From Planctomycetaceae bacterium (GTDB lineage Bacteria > Planctomycetota > Planctomycetia > Planctomycetales > Planctomycetaceae), in the NCBI GenBank assembly GCA_035513495.1, contig DATKCB010000306.1, positions 1-38,928 of the forward strand: 38,928 nucleotides of DNA, in the 5' to 3' direction. Below the pieces are notes generated by a model. That model saw nothing but the letters and a program-made list of their open reading frames with translations, ran no database searches and was not told the DNA's origin. Below, one piece after another: positions 35,305-38,928 of this stretch. Numbering within the stretch: the first letter of the stretch is position 1; each line of letters starts with the position of its first letter. The translations under genes and the position numbers were made by a program.

Positions 35305-38928
<3,624 letters not shown>

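Overview
Moderately GC-rich bacterial chromosomal window. The protein families point to Planctomycetota (inference): a secreted prenyltransferase/squalene-oxidase-repeat protein, a DUF4175-like giant membrane protein, BatA-N-terminal/VWA proteins and an FHA-GAF-PP2C phosphatase.

Layout:
(1) 532-24467 is an unbroken run of 14 minus-strand genes.
- From the 24467 end: alpha/beta hydrolase, 758-aa membrane protein, lone ABC ATPase, FHA-GAF-PP2C phosphatase, DinG-like helicase.
- Then a nine-gene, tightly coupled cluster (16007 down to 532): MoxR AAA+ ATPase, DUF58, BatA/VWA, VWA + GATase1-like membrane protein, DUF4175-like 1082-aa protein, two mutually similar helical envelope proteins, a terpenoid-cyclase-fold secreted protein, and a 948-aa secreted thioredoxin (CGPC) fusion with internal repeat modules.
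(2) 24.5-29.1 kb holds a His-rich secreted protein with HGYGNN tandem repeats, a PhnP-like MBL hydrolase coupled to a small ORF, a disordered membrane-anchored protein, and about 1.1 kb of non-coding DNA carrying a deletion scar of an FtsX-permease/HlyD-adaptor efflux pair.
(3) 29.1-38.9 kb is the core translation/transcription locus: tRNA-Thr, tRNA-Tyr, tRNA-Gly, tRNA-Thr, tuf, rpmG, tRNA-Trp, secE, nusG, rplK, rplA, rplJ, rplL and rpoB (3'-truncated by the window edge).

I recognised no CRISPR array, rRNA, transposase, integrase or phage genes.

Most interesting:
- the extended MoxR/DUF58/BatA cluster with its redox and alpha/alpha-toroid arm;
- a repeated purine-rich/pyrimidine-rich intergenic element (14834-14975 and about 185-353);
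- an exact 16-nt motif, TATCAAATTGACAACA, in inverted orientation at both ends of the 24-kb minus-strand block, with related copies at 97-115 and 35051-35063;
- a 15-bp perfect inverted repeat at 16239-16324.

All functional calls rest on motif recognition by eye; no database search was possible.
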